A stretch of DNA of 64,000 nucleotides from Spongospora subterranea f. sp. subterranea (lineage: Eukaryota). The stretch is from positions 1 through 64,000 of the forward strand of contig JAUGWO010000101.1 in assembly GCA_049724395.1 (NCBI GenBank). The letters are read 5' to 3'. Positions 49,690 through 61,674 of the stretch are shown here, one piece after another. Position 1 is the stretch's first letter, and the number at the start of each line of letters is the position of its first letter. The position numbers were made by a program, and so were the translations under genes. The notes below the pieces were generated by a model that saw only the letters and a program-made list of their open reading frames with translations, was not told the origin of the DNA and did no database searches.

Positions 49690-50215
49690 CTTACTATGTC
49701 CCTTGCTGTACCGTCGGGATTTGCACCAAACAGGTTCAACTCCTTCCCTCAGGTTCGTTACGAAAGGAGTGACATTTTTGCAGGTGGATCAGGTCCCAGC
49801 GACCTTCTCCAAACAGTTCGATACTTCCATATCAACTTCCTTAGTCGAATTTGCCATTCTGAAGGCAATCCATTGTCAATCATGTCTTCCATTGACCTCA
49901 AACGGTCTTCTAGGAAATCTTCCCCAATAATAATATCATTATCGTTGTACAAATTCCAATAACTAAAATTATCCTCATTGTTGTCGCCTACAAAATTAAC
50001 GGCTCTAGAGCATCCTTAGGACTTTTTTAACACTCAAGTGCTTGTCTGCAGTTGACGGTTCGTGCAGTTCTGACACTTTGTAGAAATCCCTACCGTTGGA
50101 TCCTGTCGTAGTCCTGATATAAAGATCACCGTTCGGTTGGCTCTCTATGCTAGCAACTCCAATCCGACAAATCCTCATATACTGTCCATCATTGTTCGGT
50201 TCATTCTTAAACACA
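49690..50215 (-). mobile_element. Deleted, inverted paralog of the 46.5-47.4 kb Gypsy fragment
   Basis: DFYKVSELHEPSTADK and LIWKYRTVWRRSLGPDPPA match the plus-strand copy. Confidence 0.85.
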
Positions 50216-50340
50216 ACTGTTATTTTCTCTTGACTGTATACCGCTCATTGACAGGTGACAATTTGCTCTTTCGAGAAACGGCGTTTCTGTTGTGGGACAG
50301 TGACTTTACAAACATTGCTGTTCTGGGTAAAGACCATCTG

Positions 50341-50760
50341 TCAGCCAATAAGGGACATTGTAATCGTTCCAATTGAGGCTGTAATTAACAAATAGGTAAT
50401 ACCCATCATTGAATTGTCATAATGTTGACGATCGAGGATGTTGAGGTCGTTGAGCGAACCCGGAATGCCAAAATTGAAATGCCAGAAGCGACAGCGATGA
50501 TCGGCTATGGCTTCAAGAACTATGTTTGTCAAGACACTGTCCCACAACCGAAACGCCGTTTCTCAAGAGAGCAAATTGTTTTCTTCCCAGCAGGAGGCCA
50601 AGAGCAAGGAGGAGGAAAAACCCATCAGATACTGAGGGCCAGTGGAAATTTGATTCGATGGCAAACTCGCCTGTCGCAGCAGTTTGAAAGAAGTGGGCAG
50701 TTGAAAACAAAACCCATGGGGTGTCCCTAAAAAGCGCATATTTGAGCTTTACCTAACGAC
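50341..50760 (-). pseudogene. Harbinger-related 'plant transposon protein' nuclease fragment
   Basis: IVLEAIADHRCRFWHFNFGIPGSLNDLNILDR. Confidence 0.75.
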
Positions 50761-52904
50761 ACAATCATTATCTTTCAAAATTAATACAGAACAGAATCAG
50801 AAATCAATCAACCTGAATCAGTTCATCCCACGTTTGATTAGATGCGGGTGGAAGTTGACGCTTTCCATCCCATCAAAACCCGCTGTTGTTCATCAACTGT
50901 TTCAGCAGTTTCCAGTTGCTTTTAAGCTGTTGATTGATGACAACCTGATTCCAGACTGTGATCAGAACGTCCTGTGGATACCTTATTCAATTGCAATTTC
51001 AATTGCCAGGTTTCATAAACCGTGGCAGACTCCGTATTGAATGCCGAGGTACCAGCATGCCACGATTGTTTTTTGTATCCGTTTTCCGATTTTCCGCCTT
51101 TAACAAACTGTACCAGTCCGACTTCGGTAATGGCAATGAATATATGGTATTTTAGCTCGGTTGGTTGAACTGCGGTGTAATCCTGGATTGTCACGATTGC
51201 CCCGTCAATATCACCTGCTGCATCACTGATCCAATCAACTCAGTGGGAATGTGTGTCATCAAATTCTTTGCATTGCGACGCGGTGTCGCCTCGTGATCGG
51301 CGTGGTACGCTGACAAGGCATGGTCAACGAGCAAAGCTTGTTGGAACGCGATCCGTCCTACCACTTTGTGCTTTTTTTTATGGTGTCCCGAATTGTTTTG
51401 ACGATGCCAATGCGATCCCGGCACTGCAGACGGCTTCTCGCGCTTTAGGCATCAGTTAGTTACGTCGAAGCATTTACAACGAAGGTTTGCAGCAGAATTT
51501 CATAACGCAGCGCAAGTCAACACAGTCGTTTTCCAGCAGGGCCACCCGTGGAAATGGGCATCGTCGGGACGCCTTCAAAGAAAAAAGGCACAATATCGAT
51601 TGCCCCAATCGTATGGACTTTTTTGAAAATCCAGGATTACGCCGCAGTTCAATCAAGAAAATCATGAATAATCTATTTCATGGTCGCCATTCAGTTGTGC
51701 ATTGCCGAAGCATCACAGTGATGGCGTTCCGACCTGATCTCAAACTGTAGATCTAATCGATTCCATGTCGCAGCAATCAAAGCTTCACGATGCGGCTGGA
51801 AGATGTGGGGCAATCTCGAGCGAAATAATGGGCTCTGGATCTCATCTAGCGGCAAAACATACCATAACAAGGTGATTAACTCAACCACCTCACACTACAC
51901 CTTACTACAGTGTCGTTCAGACTGCCAGAACTACCAATGAAGGTTGCAATGTCGAACGTACGAGTTTGACGTCTGTGTGGAATCGAGGGAACTGACCCTT
52001 TCCCTTATTGTAGATATGGGTACTTCACACCTCCCATCGATATTCCGAATCTAATCAGTAAAAAAACGATGAGGGAACCAAGCGTTAGTGTCAACGATGT
52101 GCTCGACTCATATGCGCTGAAACCTGTATTAAATGTCTTCAACAAGCAGTGAACAGCGCCTCTCACCGTGAACAGAAGCCCGTTTCCCCGCCTGATGTAT
52201 CAATATATCAGGCATAAACCAATTACAGACCCGAACTGGACCCAAGTAGGTAGTCAAATGATTTTATCACTGCAATTGGTCGAGAGAAGTCCTTTGAAGT
52301 ACAACAAACAGCAATGTTCCTCGACAAACAGTATGTAATCAAAGTTTTCATTAACATTTATCGGAAACTGTCAATCGCCATTGAACCAGACAATATTAAA
52401 TTGCCTACCGGTAGGATAATGAATATCAACATCAACTGCATAACTCTCTGAAAGGCGGGTGCATAACAGATGATATACCGCCTTTCAACTGCAATGGACA
52501 CCTCAGCTGATGAACGCGCCTGGATTTCTGTTATATTACCCAATCTGTCATCGGAATAAAGGGGGACGATAACAGATCAATGAAGGCGATGATGGTAGCA
52601 GGACTACATGGGTTCACCTTGTAAGAAACGACGACGTCGTGTTCTCAATAATAATGGTATTCGAAACCCCAGGGCTTCGAAATGCTTTTCCAGAGCATGA
52701 ACCGTGTCGAATTGCACAATATGGAGGGAATGGCCGGAGTGTCATGAGTACACATCAATACCATTGTCGTATATTTGTCAATACAATTGCCTACACGGCA
52801 GAGCCACAAAGTGATTTGAGAACACGTTCCAGGAATGGGCCAGGATGCAGTGCCGATACGGGTGCAAGACTCCCCAAATTTTGACGACGGAGCGCATCTG
52901 ATGT

Positions 52905-53799
52905 TCTATTTCTACAAAACACGGCAACTCCTACGACAGTCGTCACCGTCGCCTGTTAGAAAGCGCAATGGCTTTGGACATGATGGGCTTGGCGATGATC
53001 AATCCACGCCTGTTTACATTTTAGAATACCCGTGTCGCTGAATGTGGATTTTGGCCAGACACGTTGGACGTGGCGCCACTCAGCGACGTCATGGTGCAAT
53101 GGACTCGCTCGTGGAACAGCGCTGGGATTATTTGTCAATATGGAGGTGATTGATGGCCCAATCATTGCCGTTATCGATGACTTAACGAACGGAACATGAC
53201 GACGACTGGGTGATGATAAACACGATTGCCATCTCAATCCTTGGGCATGGCCGGAGATGTCTGCACAATCTGTTGAATCTGTTTTTCCTGCACGTCGAGC
53301 GCATCCCCAACGTCGCGATACACCAGGTTCGACGTCATTGCCTGCCAATGAGACGTCTGGACGTTTTTTGTGTTAATCCTGTCCTGTACTCCCAGATCCT
53401 TGACAACCTCAAACCTGTCGATATGCAATGGCGTGTCGACACCAACTCCTTAGCAGCGAACGTAGCCGCTGTCGTGGGATTCAACTGATTGTGCAGACGT
53501 CTCCGGCCATGCCTCAGGATGGAAATGGCAATCGTGTTGATCATCACCCAGTCGCCGTCCTGTTCCGTTATGTCAGCGATAATGACAATGATCGGGACAT
53601 CAACTACCAACATGACGTTCCTGAGTGGCGCCACGTCCAACGTGTCTGGCTAAAATCCACACTCGGCGACACAGGTATCCCAAAATGTAAACAGGCGTGG
53701 ATTGATCATCGCCAAGCCCATCATGTCCAAAGCCATTGCGCTTTCTAACAGGCGACGGTGACGAGTGTCGTAGGAGTTGCCGTGTTATGTAGAAATAGA
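52905..53799. repeat. Long imperfect inverted repeat (arms ~52905-53280 and ~53479-53799)
   Basis: Reverse-complement match with substitutions and one internal diverged block. Confidence 0.9.
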
Positions 53800-54461
53800 T
53801 CATTTTGTGTAATATTGGTTACAATTTTTTAAATGAAGGAGACGGTTCCACACTTTCGAATAACAAAATCAGTCAATTTCAATGATCCCGTTTGTCAAAA
53901 ATATGTGAAACTATTGAAATCAAAACCGGATTTGCCAGGTCCGAGATCGATGTTTTAGGTACAAATGACCCCTATCGCGACATTGATCACAAAAAATGAG
54001 CCGAACCGTAATCTCCCCATCTTTGGCACACTTTTCCTGAATTTTTCACACCTTTCAATCATATCTCGATCTGTATACACCCACCTTCGCTATCAAATTC
54101 ATCATCATTTTCATCATTCATTGATGTTTTCACATTTTTTTATCACCACCACAGTCCTCTGCAGATCAGGTCTGACGAATTTAACACACGAATATGCCAT
54201 GACCAATAGTTCCTCCAGACCTATTCTAGTCGCGCCGTCTAACCGAGGAATGCTGACGTCACCGTTGACGATGAACTGCTCATCAAAGATGGGATCCTGC
54301 TTGCTTATCTGCCGACAATCGTTTGTGGTTTATTGCTCCTACCTGCTCTCTCATATCGCTCAAATCCAGGATAAACCGAGGTCACACACAATAAACCGAT
54401 TAAGTTCCTTTGCCATTGATATCAGAAATAAATATTTATCGAAGTTAGTGTAAATGAATCC

Positions 54462-55457
54462 TCATCCAATGATATGATTAACCACAGATTGTTGAACGCT
54501 TATGATTATATCCCCAATAAACACTGATATTCCTATAAATATTACAATGCAGATCCAGAGAATTATCATAGTTTTGGTTAATAGAGGACGCCCTGGTAAT
54601 ATCAGCTCATGAGCGCGATCATATAACACTTGTTTACTTCCAACATTCGCCACCAAAATGTCAGCTCGTTGCGCCTTCTCGGCTGACGACATCTGAGATG
54701 CAACCCGTTTTTCTGCTTCTGAATGGGAGCAAGAATGCCTGTTGCATATTCGCGATAACTGATCGTCATAAGGGCAATCAATTGTAATCACAACATCGCA
54801 TATATGATGTAGCCCTAAATAACAGTGTTTACATCATAACCAGACGGTTATTAACTCGATGACAATATCGTACCTGATTCAAATAACAGGGGCGCCTCAA
54901 CGAAAACAACATGTGTGTGTCTGAAAAAGAACGCATGAAAAATCTGGAAAATGAGTTTTTTCAGAATAGGCCAGCGCATAATCCTGTTGAGAATTGCAAG
55001 CTTGCGTTTATCGGCAAACACGAGGGATGCAAGATATGGGCGACTAATGGACATATCGGTCGGGTTAAGGAGTGGCGATGATGGGTTAAAAATTGATGAA
55101 GGTGGTGAGGAGAACTCGTTGACAATAGAGGTCCATGTGGATGTGCCCTATATTCGAGTGAATTGTGAGATAGATTGGAGCAAGAATATGGGTGGGGAAT
55201 TACAGGTAATTGAATATCATGACTAAGTTGATCAAGGTCTATAACAGCCCATCCTGCTTCCTTTAACCCACTACAATACAAAGATTTACCCCTAAAAAAG
55301 CACCATAATCAATATAAGTATCGGTGTACTAATTAAATGAAAACACGGACGATGCAATTCCACCAGTAATGCCGACAATATATAATCCATATCTCCATTT
55401 GAGATAAGCGGCAATGCATATTGATATGATTAGAATACATGTTAAGACGATAAGCAT
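54462..55457 (-). CDS. coaE: Dephospho-CoA kinase (CoaE/DCAKD family), multi-exon
   Basis: IVGITGGIAS|GKS P-loop split by an intron, VIDLDQLSH, ISRPYLASLVFAD, VEAPLLFESG, QLSRICNR...AEKRVASQM. Confidence 0.9.
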
Positions 55458-55606
55458 AGTCTCGAGGGCTGCCTGCAATACAGACAGGAAGATATAGCAG
55501 TGAGCCCTATAATGATGTCGATCGTTATCATAATCTCATCGTTATCACAATCTCATAATCGTAATGACAATAAACAGAACTGATAGAGATCACAGGACCA
55601 TTGAGT

Positions 55607-56390
55607 GATGGTAGCGGGCCGCGCCCTACTGGGTTACCACTGGGATACCCTACCTCCCTACCACTCAGACCATCTCCACCGGCCAGATGGTAGCGGGCCG
55701 CGCCCTAATGGGTTACCACTGGGATACCCTACCTCCCTACCACTCAGACCATCTCCACCGGCCAGATGGTATCGGGCCGCGCCCTAATGGGTTACCACTG
55801 GGATACCCTACCTCCCTACCACTCAGACCATCTCCACCGGCCAGATGGTAGCGGGCCGCGCCCTAATGGGTTACCACTGGGATACCCTACCTCCCTACCA
55901 CTCAGACCATCTCCACCGGCCAGATGGTAGCGGGCCGCGCCCTAATGGGTTACCACTGGGATACCCTACCTCCCTACCACTCAGACCATCTCCACCGGCC
56001 AGATGGTAGCGGTCCGCGCCCTAATGGGTTACCACTGGGATACCCTACCTCCCTACCACTCAGACCATCTCCACCGGCCAGATGGTAGCGGTCCGCGCCC
56101 TAATGGGTTACCACTGGGATACCCTACCTCCCTACCACTCAGACCATCTCCACCGGCCAGATGGTAGCGGGCCGCGCCCTAATGGGTTACCACTGGGATA
56201 CCCTACCTCCCTACCACTCAGACCATCTCCACCGGCCAGATGGTAGCGGGCCGCGCCCTACTGGGTTACCACTGGGATACCCTACCTCCCTACCACTCAG
56301 ACCATCTCCACCGGCCAGATGGTAGCGGGCCGCGCCCTAATGGGTTACCACTGGGATACCCTACCTCCCTACCACTCAGACCATCTCCAC
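55607..56390. repeat. 79-bp GC-rich minisatellite, 10 units
   Basis: Unit GATGGTAGCGGGCCGCGCCCTAATGGGTTACCACTGGGATACCCTACCTCCCTACCACTCAGACCATCTCCACCGGCCA at 55607, 55686 ... 56318. Confidence 0.97.
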
Positions 56391-56399
56391 CTGTTTTTG

Positions 56400-56752
56400 G
56401 CAATTCGAAACTCATGAGGTTGACACGACCAGGTCACTTTCTATTGCTCGATGGTGGCTATGTATTCACGCCGCAAGGTACTAGCTTGGGATGGCGGTTT
56501 CAGATTACAATTTTCCATGTAATCAACACGTACTCAGGTTTAATACCCTACAGAGGTGTGCGCTATCATGTTCGTGAAAAGCGTTTCAAGAACAGAGTGG
56601 AGCTGAATATTTCAACAAGTAGCAGTGTGATCTATTCAACAATGTTAGTTCACAATTGCTTGTTAGCCACCGAGGAGGACGCATACGACTTTGACATAAT
56701 TTCCACAGCCCAAACGCCATTTCAATCACGATTCTGGCATGCTTGCCTGTGA
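56400..56752 (+). pseudogene. Harbinger-type transposase remnant
   Basis: PGHFLLLDGGY, LIPYRGVRYHVRE, LVHN. Confidence 0.7.
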
Positions 56753-56914
56753 GTCTTGTCAATTGTCAGAATCAGCACTTGATATCTTTAATATCAACCT
56801 GTAAATGAAGATTTCCTTGAGGTTCTGTGGACAACCTGATCCTTCAGGGGCCCATTCACGAACATGATAGCGCACACCTCTGTAGGGTATTGAACTTGAT
56901 TACTTGTTTATCAC

Positions 56915-57089
56915 AGACAGTTGGGAACCGTCAGGAAACTTTATTGATCAACAAGTTATCGCCGATTCCGAGCAAAATTGCCCTGTCTCGATAATGCAAC
57001 AAGTGGGTTAATTGGTCGGAGTTGAGCTATCCCAGTAAACGGCGATGACTTGTTGATCAATGAAGTTTCCTGACGGTTCCCAACTGTCT
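56915..57089. repeat. Small inverted-repeat element (50-bp arms, 75-bp spacer)
   Basis: Arms 56915-56964 and 57040-57089 with two visible mismatches. Confidence 0.85.
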
Positions 57090-57246
57090 TAACCTTTCCA
57101 GCGAATAGAACCGGCGTGTTCCCGAAGTCAGTGCGCTGTTATTTCTGGGTAGATTAACAGCGATATTGCTTGAAGTTAAACCATGAGAGGGACTCACTAT
57201 TTTGTCCCGATACTCGACTGTGTCATGGCCAGCCATCTTGTGATAA

Positions 57247-58147
57247 TCACACCACTTCTTCCTCGTCGTTTGTGGCTCTTGGTTTACTGAATGCTGACGA
57301 CAGGTTTGTTGACGAAAGGTTTGGTATCAGGTGTAGATTCACTCGACAACAGAGTTGTGCACGCCGCGATTGTGCAACCTGTACCCCTGTTTGTCCTGGA
57401 TCCAGCTGAGCCGATTCCATGGCTTTCACATAACGGTCGAGAAAAACTGCAACGAATTCTGTGGTACCTCGTTGTATGGTCTCTAATCGTTGCTGGTAGT
57501 AGCTCACAATATCTTCGTCGACGAAGTGTCGTAGAAATGCGTCTTTGGCTTAGGCCCAATCCATATTGTTGGCGATGATATGGGACTTGACCCATATCGA
57601 CTCAGCAGTGTGGCAGGACGTGTAGCCAAAGCGACCTGATAGTGACCGATCGGACATGAAATCCCCTTCAAGCCTTGCCTCGAATTCGCCAATGAAATCC
57701 TCTGTGGGTGTTGAACGGCTGACAGATGGTCGAGTGAAGTTCGGCATCCCATGTGGGAACCTTGGCGTTGCTTGTGCATGATGGCCTGTTGCGGTGACTT
57801 TGGCCTGTACCAAAGGAACCAATGCAGAGCGTAAAAATTCCTGTTCATTGCTGAACAACGTCTCGAATACTTTCCTCTGGTGATCAATTCTCTGTTGTAA
57901 TAGAGCTATTACATCAGCAATGCGATCAGATTCATCCGTCTGCGGAGATGGTCGGACGAGACGGCCGTTCTCGTCTCAGTTCCGTCGCTTCGAACAACTG
58001 GTCCTGGTAAGCTTGAATGCTCTCGATGAGAGTTTGGCGTCTTGTCAGCATAAGTCGTAGGCGATCCGCGTCTTGGCTGACTTGCGAATCGTTGTGGCAG
58101 TCCTCGCAGCGGAGGGATTGTGCCGAGGGCGCACCGGTTAGAGACAT
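57247..58147 (-). pseudogene. Probable retrotransposon Gag remnant
   Basis: WVKSHIIANNMDWA...YQQRLETIQRGTTEFVAVFLDRY resembles the Gag major homology region; frameshifted. Confidence 0.5.
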
Positions 58148-60025
58148 TCTTCGTTTTATGAACTCGCTAAAAAAATATCGTGACGACGAGAGATAGCGGA
58201 ACGAAACTTATTTAATTAGGAACAAAATAGAGCATAAGGTCAGATTATTGGGGAGGCACGACACATATTGACGGTAGTTGCAATTGTGTTCCGCCGTTCA
58301 TTCATGACCAGGCTGGATTATCACAAGATGGTAAGCGCCGCCAAGATCAGTATTGGTGTGGAATTGGGGCTCCAAATAAACTGTTGGGATATGTTGATCG
58401 ATGGGAAGCGAAGGGGGGAGGATACGGGACCAGGTTCCGTAATCGTGTTCAGGGTATTGGGTAATCGACCAACAATCGCCATGTGCCATCTTATTCTTGG
58501 CGATGACGATGGGCGCCCAGATGAAGATTTTAATTAAACCTCTCTCCCTGTTCCCTATAATTCATGTACTTTATGCTCTTTCGTTGATATAAATTAGCAG
58601 GGGAGAGGTTCAGGGCGGTGTGGTGGAATCCAACTTGGATTGCATATTGAAATGGAATTATGGGGACGTCGTGGGATTGGTCAGGTTCATTGAACACTTC
58701 ACCCTGAAGGGATCCCACTTTCTCAACTTGTTGGAGCAGCAGAGGGTGATCTGTGCGGTTCGAGCGGCGATCGTCAGGTTATCCCAGTCAATGCACCGGG
58801 ATGGATTGTATTGAACACGTCTTGTCAACCGCACGAATGGGATAGACATCAGGGACTCTGACAATCCGATTGAATATGGCGTCAAATGTGTTGATATGTG
58901 AAAAATATGAGCCCGATGGGGATAGTTGTTAAAAATGATCGGTCATGTTGATAACTGGGAGTGAAGAGTGAATCAATCAGTAGTTCTAAGGGAAATGGAT
59001 AGGTTGACTACCGGCCGATGAACAAGGACATGGCGCCACAATCAATCAATGAGGTGGGAGGTGATGGAGGATGTGCCAGATACGATATGGCGACCAGGGG
59101 CCGATAATATGATTACCCTTGAAGGAGGGTGTATTGATTACCGCTGTCGCCGCCACAGATCGTTAAGGTATTGGATGGCGGTGATGGATCTCGGGAAATC
59201 AAAGGTCTATGGGTTATTGTGATTCAGGTGGCTCTTCTCGTCGGTGAATGAGACAACGATCGGTGTCGCAATCGCATCGGCGATCAGTTGTTGGGAACGA
59301 TTAGAGACACAGGAAGGGTCAAGAAGAGCTCATCGTCAACCACTATTGGTGAACCCTTTACAATCATAATTCACATGCCACACATCGCTCCACCCGACAC
59401 CATCTTAACGGACCCGCTCAACGAGTCGCCAATCAATGAAGGGACCTCAGGGGGGATCCACCACACCCGACTACGATCACCACCAACGAGCCAGTTGTCA
59501 ATGACCCAGATCAACATCATCGTTATAAATCATAACCGCGACCAGACCATCCAGTCCAGACTCAACCGGTTTATTGTATTATTGCCCATCGACACCAAAC
59601 AGCCGAACCCAATTTCACAGGATAATCCATTCGCCATTCCTCCATAGCATTGACAAGTCCCTCCCTCTCATACTCGTCGCCACAAATCGATCCTCCTCAA
59701 TCTGTCGTCCGAATTTCCATCGTCATTCGGATCGGAGTGAACTCGGCCAGTGATTCCCATCCGAATATATATATATGGCGTCGGTTAGAGATTCCGGTCG
59801 CTGATACATTCCCGACAATGAATGGCGTCCCCGAACAGAACCCTGGAATATATGGTCGAGTTGAGCGGCGATTACCATCGGAGGTCGAGCACGATCGGAC
59901 AAAGATGAATTTGTGGTCGATATCGGTTCTGGGCGCAATAAAAGGGCCAGTTCCGATTGTATCTCATCATTGTGCAATTCGATCTCTCATTCACAAAACA
60001 GCTTCTAAATCTGATCTTCTACAAT

Positions 60026-60427
60026 ATGTCTCGTCAATTGATGCTCTTGGTTGCCGTCGTTGCTCTGTTCGCCGTTTGCTGTGGTGATTGGGCTGGAGGT
60101 TTGGGCTATGGATCGCTGGGCGCCGGTTCGGCCGGTTACGGCAGCGGTGGTCTCGGCTATGGATCCGTTGATGGAATCGGATACGGCGGCGGTTGGGGAT
60201 CTGGAATCGGATACGGCAGCGGCATCGGGTTCGGCGGGTCATCCGGCGGATTCGGGTATGGATCTGGCATTGGAGGATATGGAAGCGGCGGCTATGGAAG
60301 TGGATTAGGATATGGCGGTTTCGGTGGATATGGATCTGGCGTTGGAGGATATGGATCTGGCGGGTTCGGTGGATATGGATCTGGAGCTGGATTAGGATAT
60401 GGATCTCTGGGAACTGGTTTCATCTGA
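60026..60427 (+). CDS. Secreted glycine/tyrosine-rich structural protein
   Basis: Signal peptide MSRQLMLLVAVVALFAVCCG followed by GYGSG / GGFGGY repeats; AATAAA ~45 nt after the stop. Confidence 0.88.
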   Translation: MSRQLMLLVAVVALFAVCCGDWAGGLGYGSLGAGSAGYGSGGLGYGSVDGIGYGGGWGSGIGYGSGIGFGGSSGGFGYGSGIGGYGSGGYGSGLGYGGFGGYGSGVGGYGSGGFGGYGSGAGLGYGSLGTGFI

Positions 60428-60557
60428 TAATACCAATACCCCATATGTTATTGTGTGATGAACCCGATCAATAAACCGCACAGAATTTCCATCTAAGTTC
60501 AACGAGAGTGTTTCGAAGATCTGATAGAGAGTTTTGGGGATTCGTTATAGAGTGTGT

Positions 60558-61674
60558 TTAGAGGGTTTTGTGTATTTGTTTGGGGTTTGTTGAAAAGGGG
60601 TCGGTTGGGATATATTGATGATAATCGGGATTAGGGTCGATGATGATTTGCGATGGCGGCTGTGTTGATAGCGATGATGGTGGCGATATCTGCCACCATG
60701 GAGTGGTTGTGGCGACGCCCTTCCAATACCCGAAATACTCCTCATAATCTAGATGTGCACTCCAGTCCAATAGCCGATTGACCTCGTGTTCCAGCCCCTT
60801 CAGCTCCCTGATCGTGGTCATCCTCTCCCTGCACCTCATCGATCAGATCCCCAATGTGATTCTCCTCTACTCCCTCCCCCTCAAACCTGTTCCCTTCCAC
60901 CTCTGCGATCCTCTTCATCACCTCCTCCACCTCATATCCATCACGATCCCCCGATTGTGTTCCCCCAATCCCATACATCCGTCTCAACCAGTTCAGCTTC
61001 TTCATCTTCTGTCGTTTGACCAGATCCCTTCGTCTCCTCACCCGACAATAATGGAACTGAACCGCCTTCGTCTCCTCTGCCCCGACCCATTTCTATTCCA
61101 CATCGATCGTCAACAACATCATCCCAACAATCGTCCCCCGATCCACCTCCTGAATCACTCTATCCTCTATCGCCCTCCAATCGTTGTTCTCAATCCTCTT
61201 ATACCATCCCCTTCTTGTCCCCGAATCCCCTTCCACCGCCTTCTTCCCCTTCACCCTCTCCTCATTATACGCTCTCGGTGCGAACGACCCAATATCGGAC
61301 ACGTTCAGATGAGTGTAAATCTGGCGATGAATTGATCAGTGAGATATCGCCCTGGTCATCTCCACCAATCCAACCTTGTAATATATCGATGGCGGGAATC
61401 GCTCGCCCCCTAATCGCAATCGAATATGTAATCCAGTACAGCAATCTAACAGACCGCCTTCAACGGGATTGATCGCCTTCAATATGATCCTAGCGTCTTC
61501 ATCCTGTTTCGATTTGATCAAATCCCTAATCTCGATCAACATCCTCTCGATATCCAGTTCACCGTTTTCACCTATAGAACACATAAACCTTCCTCTGGAT
61601 GAACCGTCGAAACAATCGCTGAATGATTCGAGCGCATTTGAACTGGACCCCGAACGAGTTCCTGACTTGTTCAT
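60558..61674 (-). CDS. C11orf65/MFI-like conserved protein (multi-exon; 5' end uncertain)
   Basis: ILKAINPVEGGLLD...HIRLRLGGERFPPSIYYK|IFTH...FAPRAY, WYKRIENNDWR, LLDWSAHLDYEEY...W. Confidence 0.75.

Noticed and set aside
50922..52300. Possible hAT/piggyBac transposase remnant
   Set aside because: No catalytic motif could be recognised with confidence.
55607..56390. Hammerhead ribozyme or tRNA array
   Set aside because: No CTGATGA/GAAA core and no tRNA T-loop motif on either strand.
57896..57913. 18-bp palindrome TGTAATAG-AG-CTATTACA
   Set aside because: Too short, with no TSD; cannot be distinguished from chance or a collapsed scar.
58268..59650. Possible spliced minus-strand gene (CCSNKLRKW faintly like adenosine deaminase SCSDK)
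   Set aside because: No consistent exon chain or second supporting motif could be built by eye.
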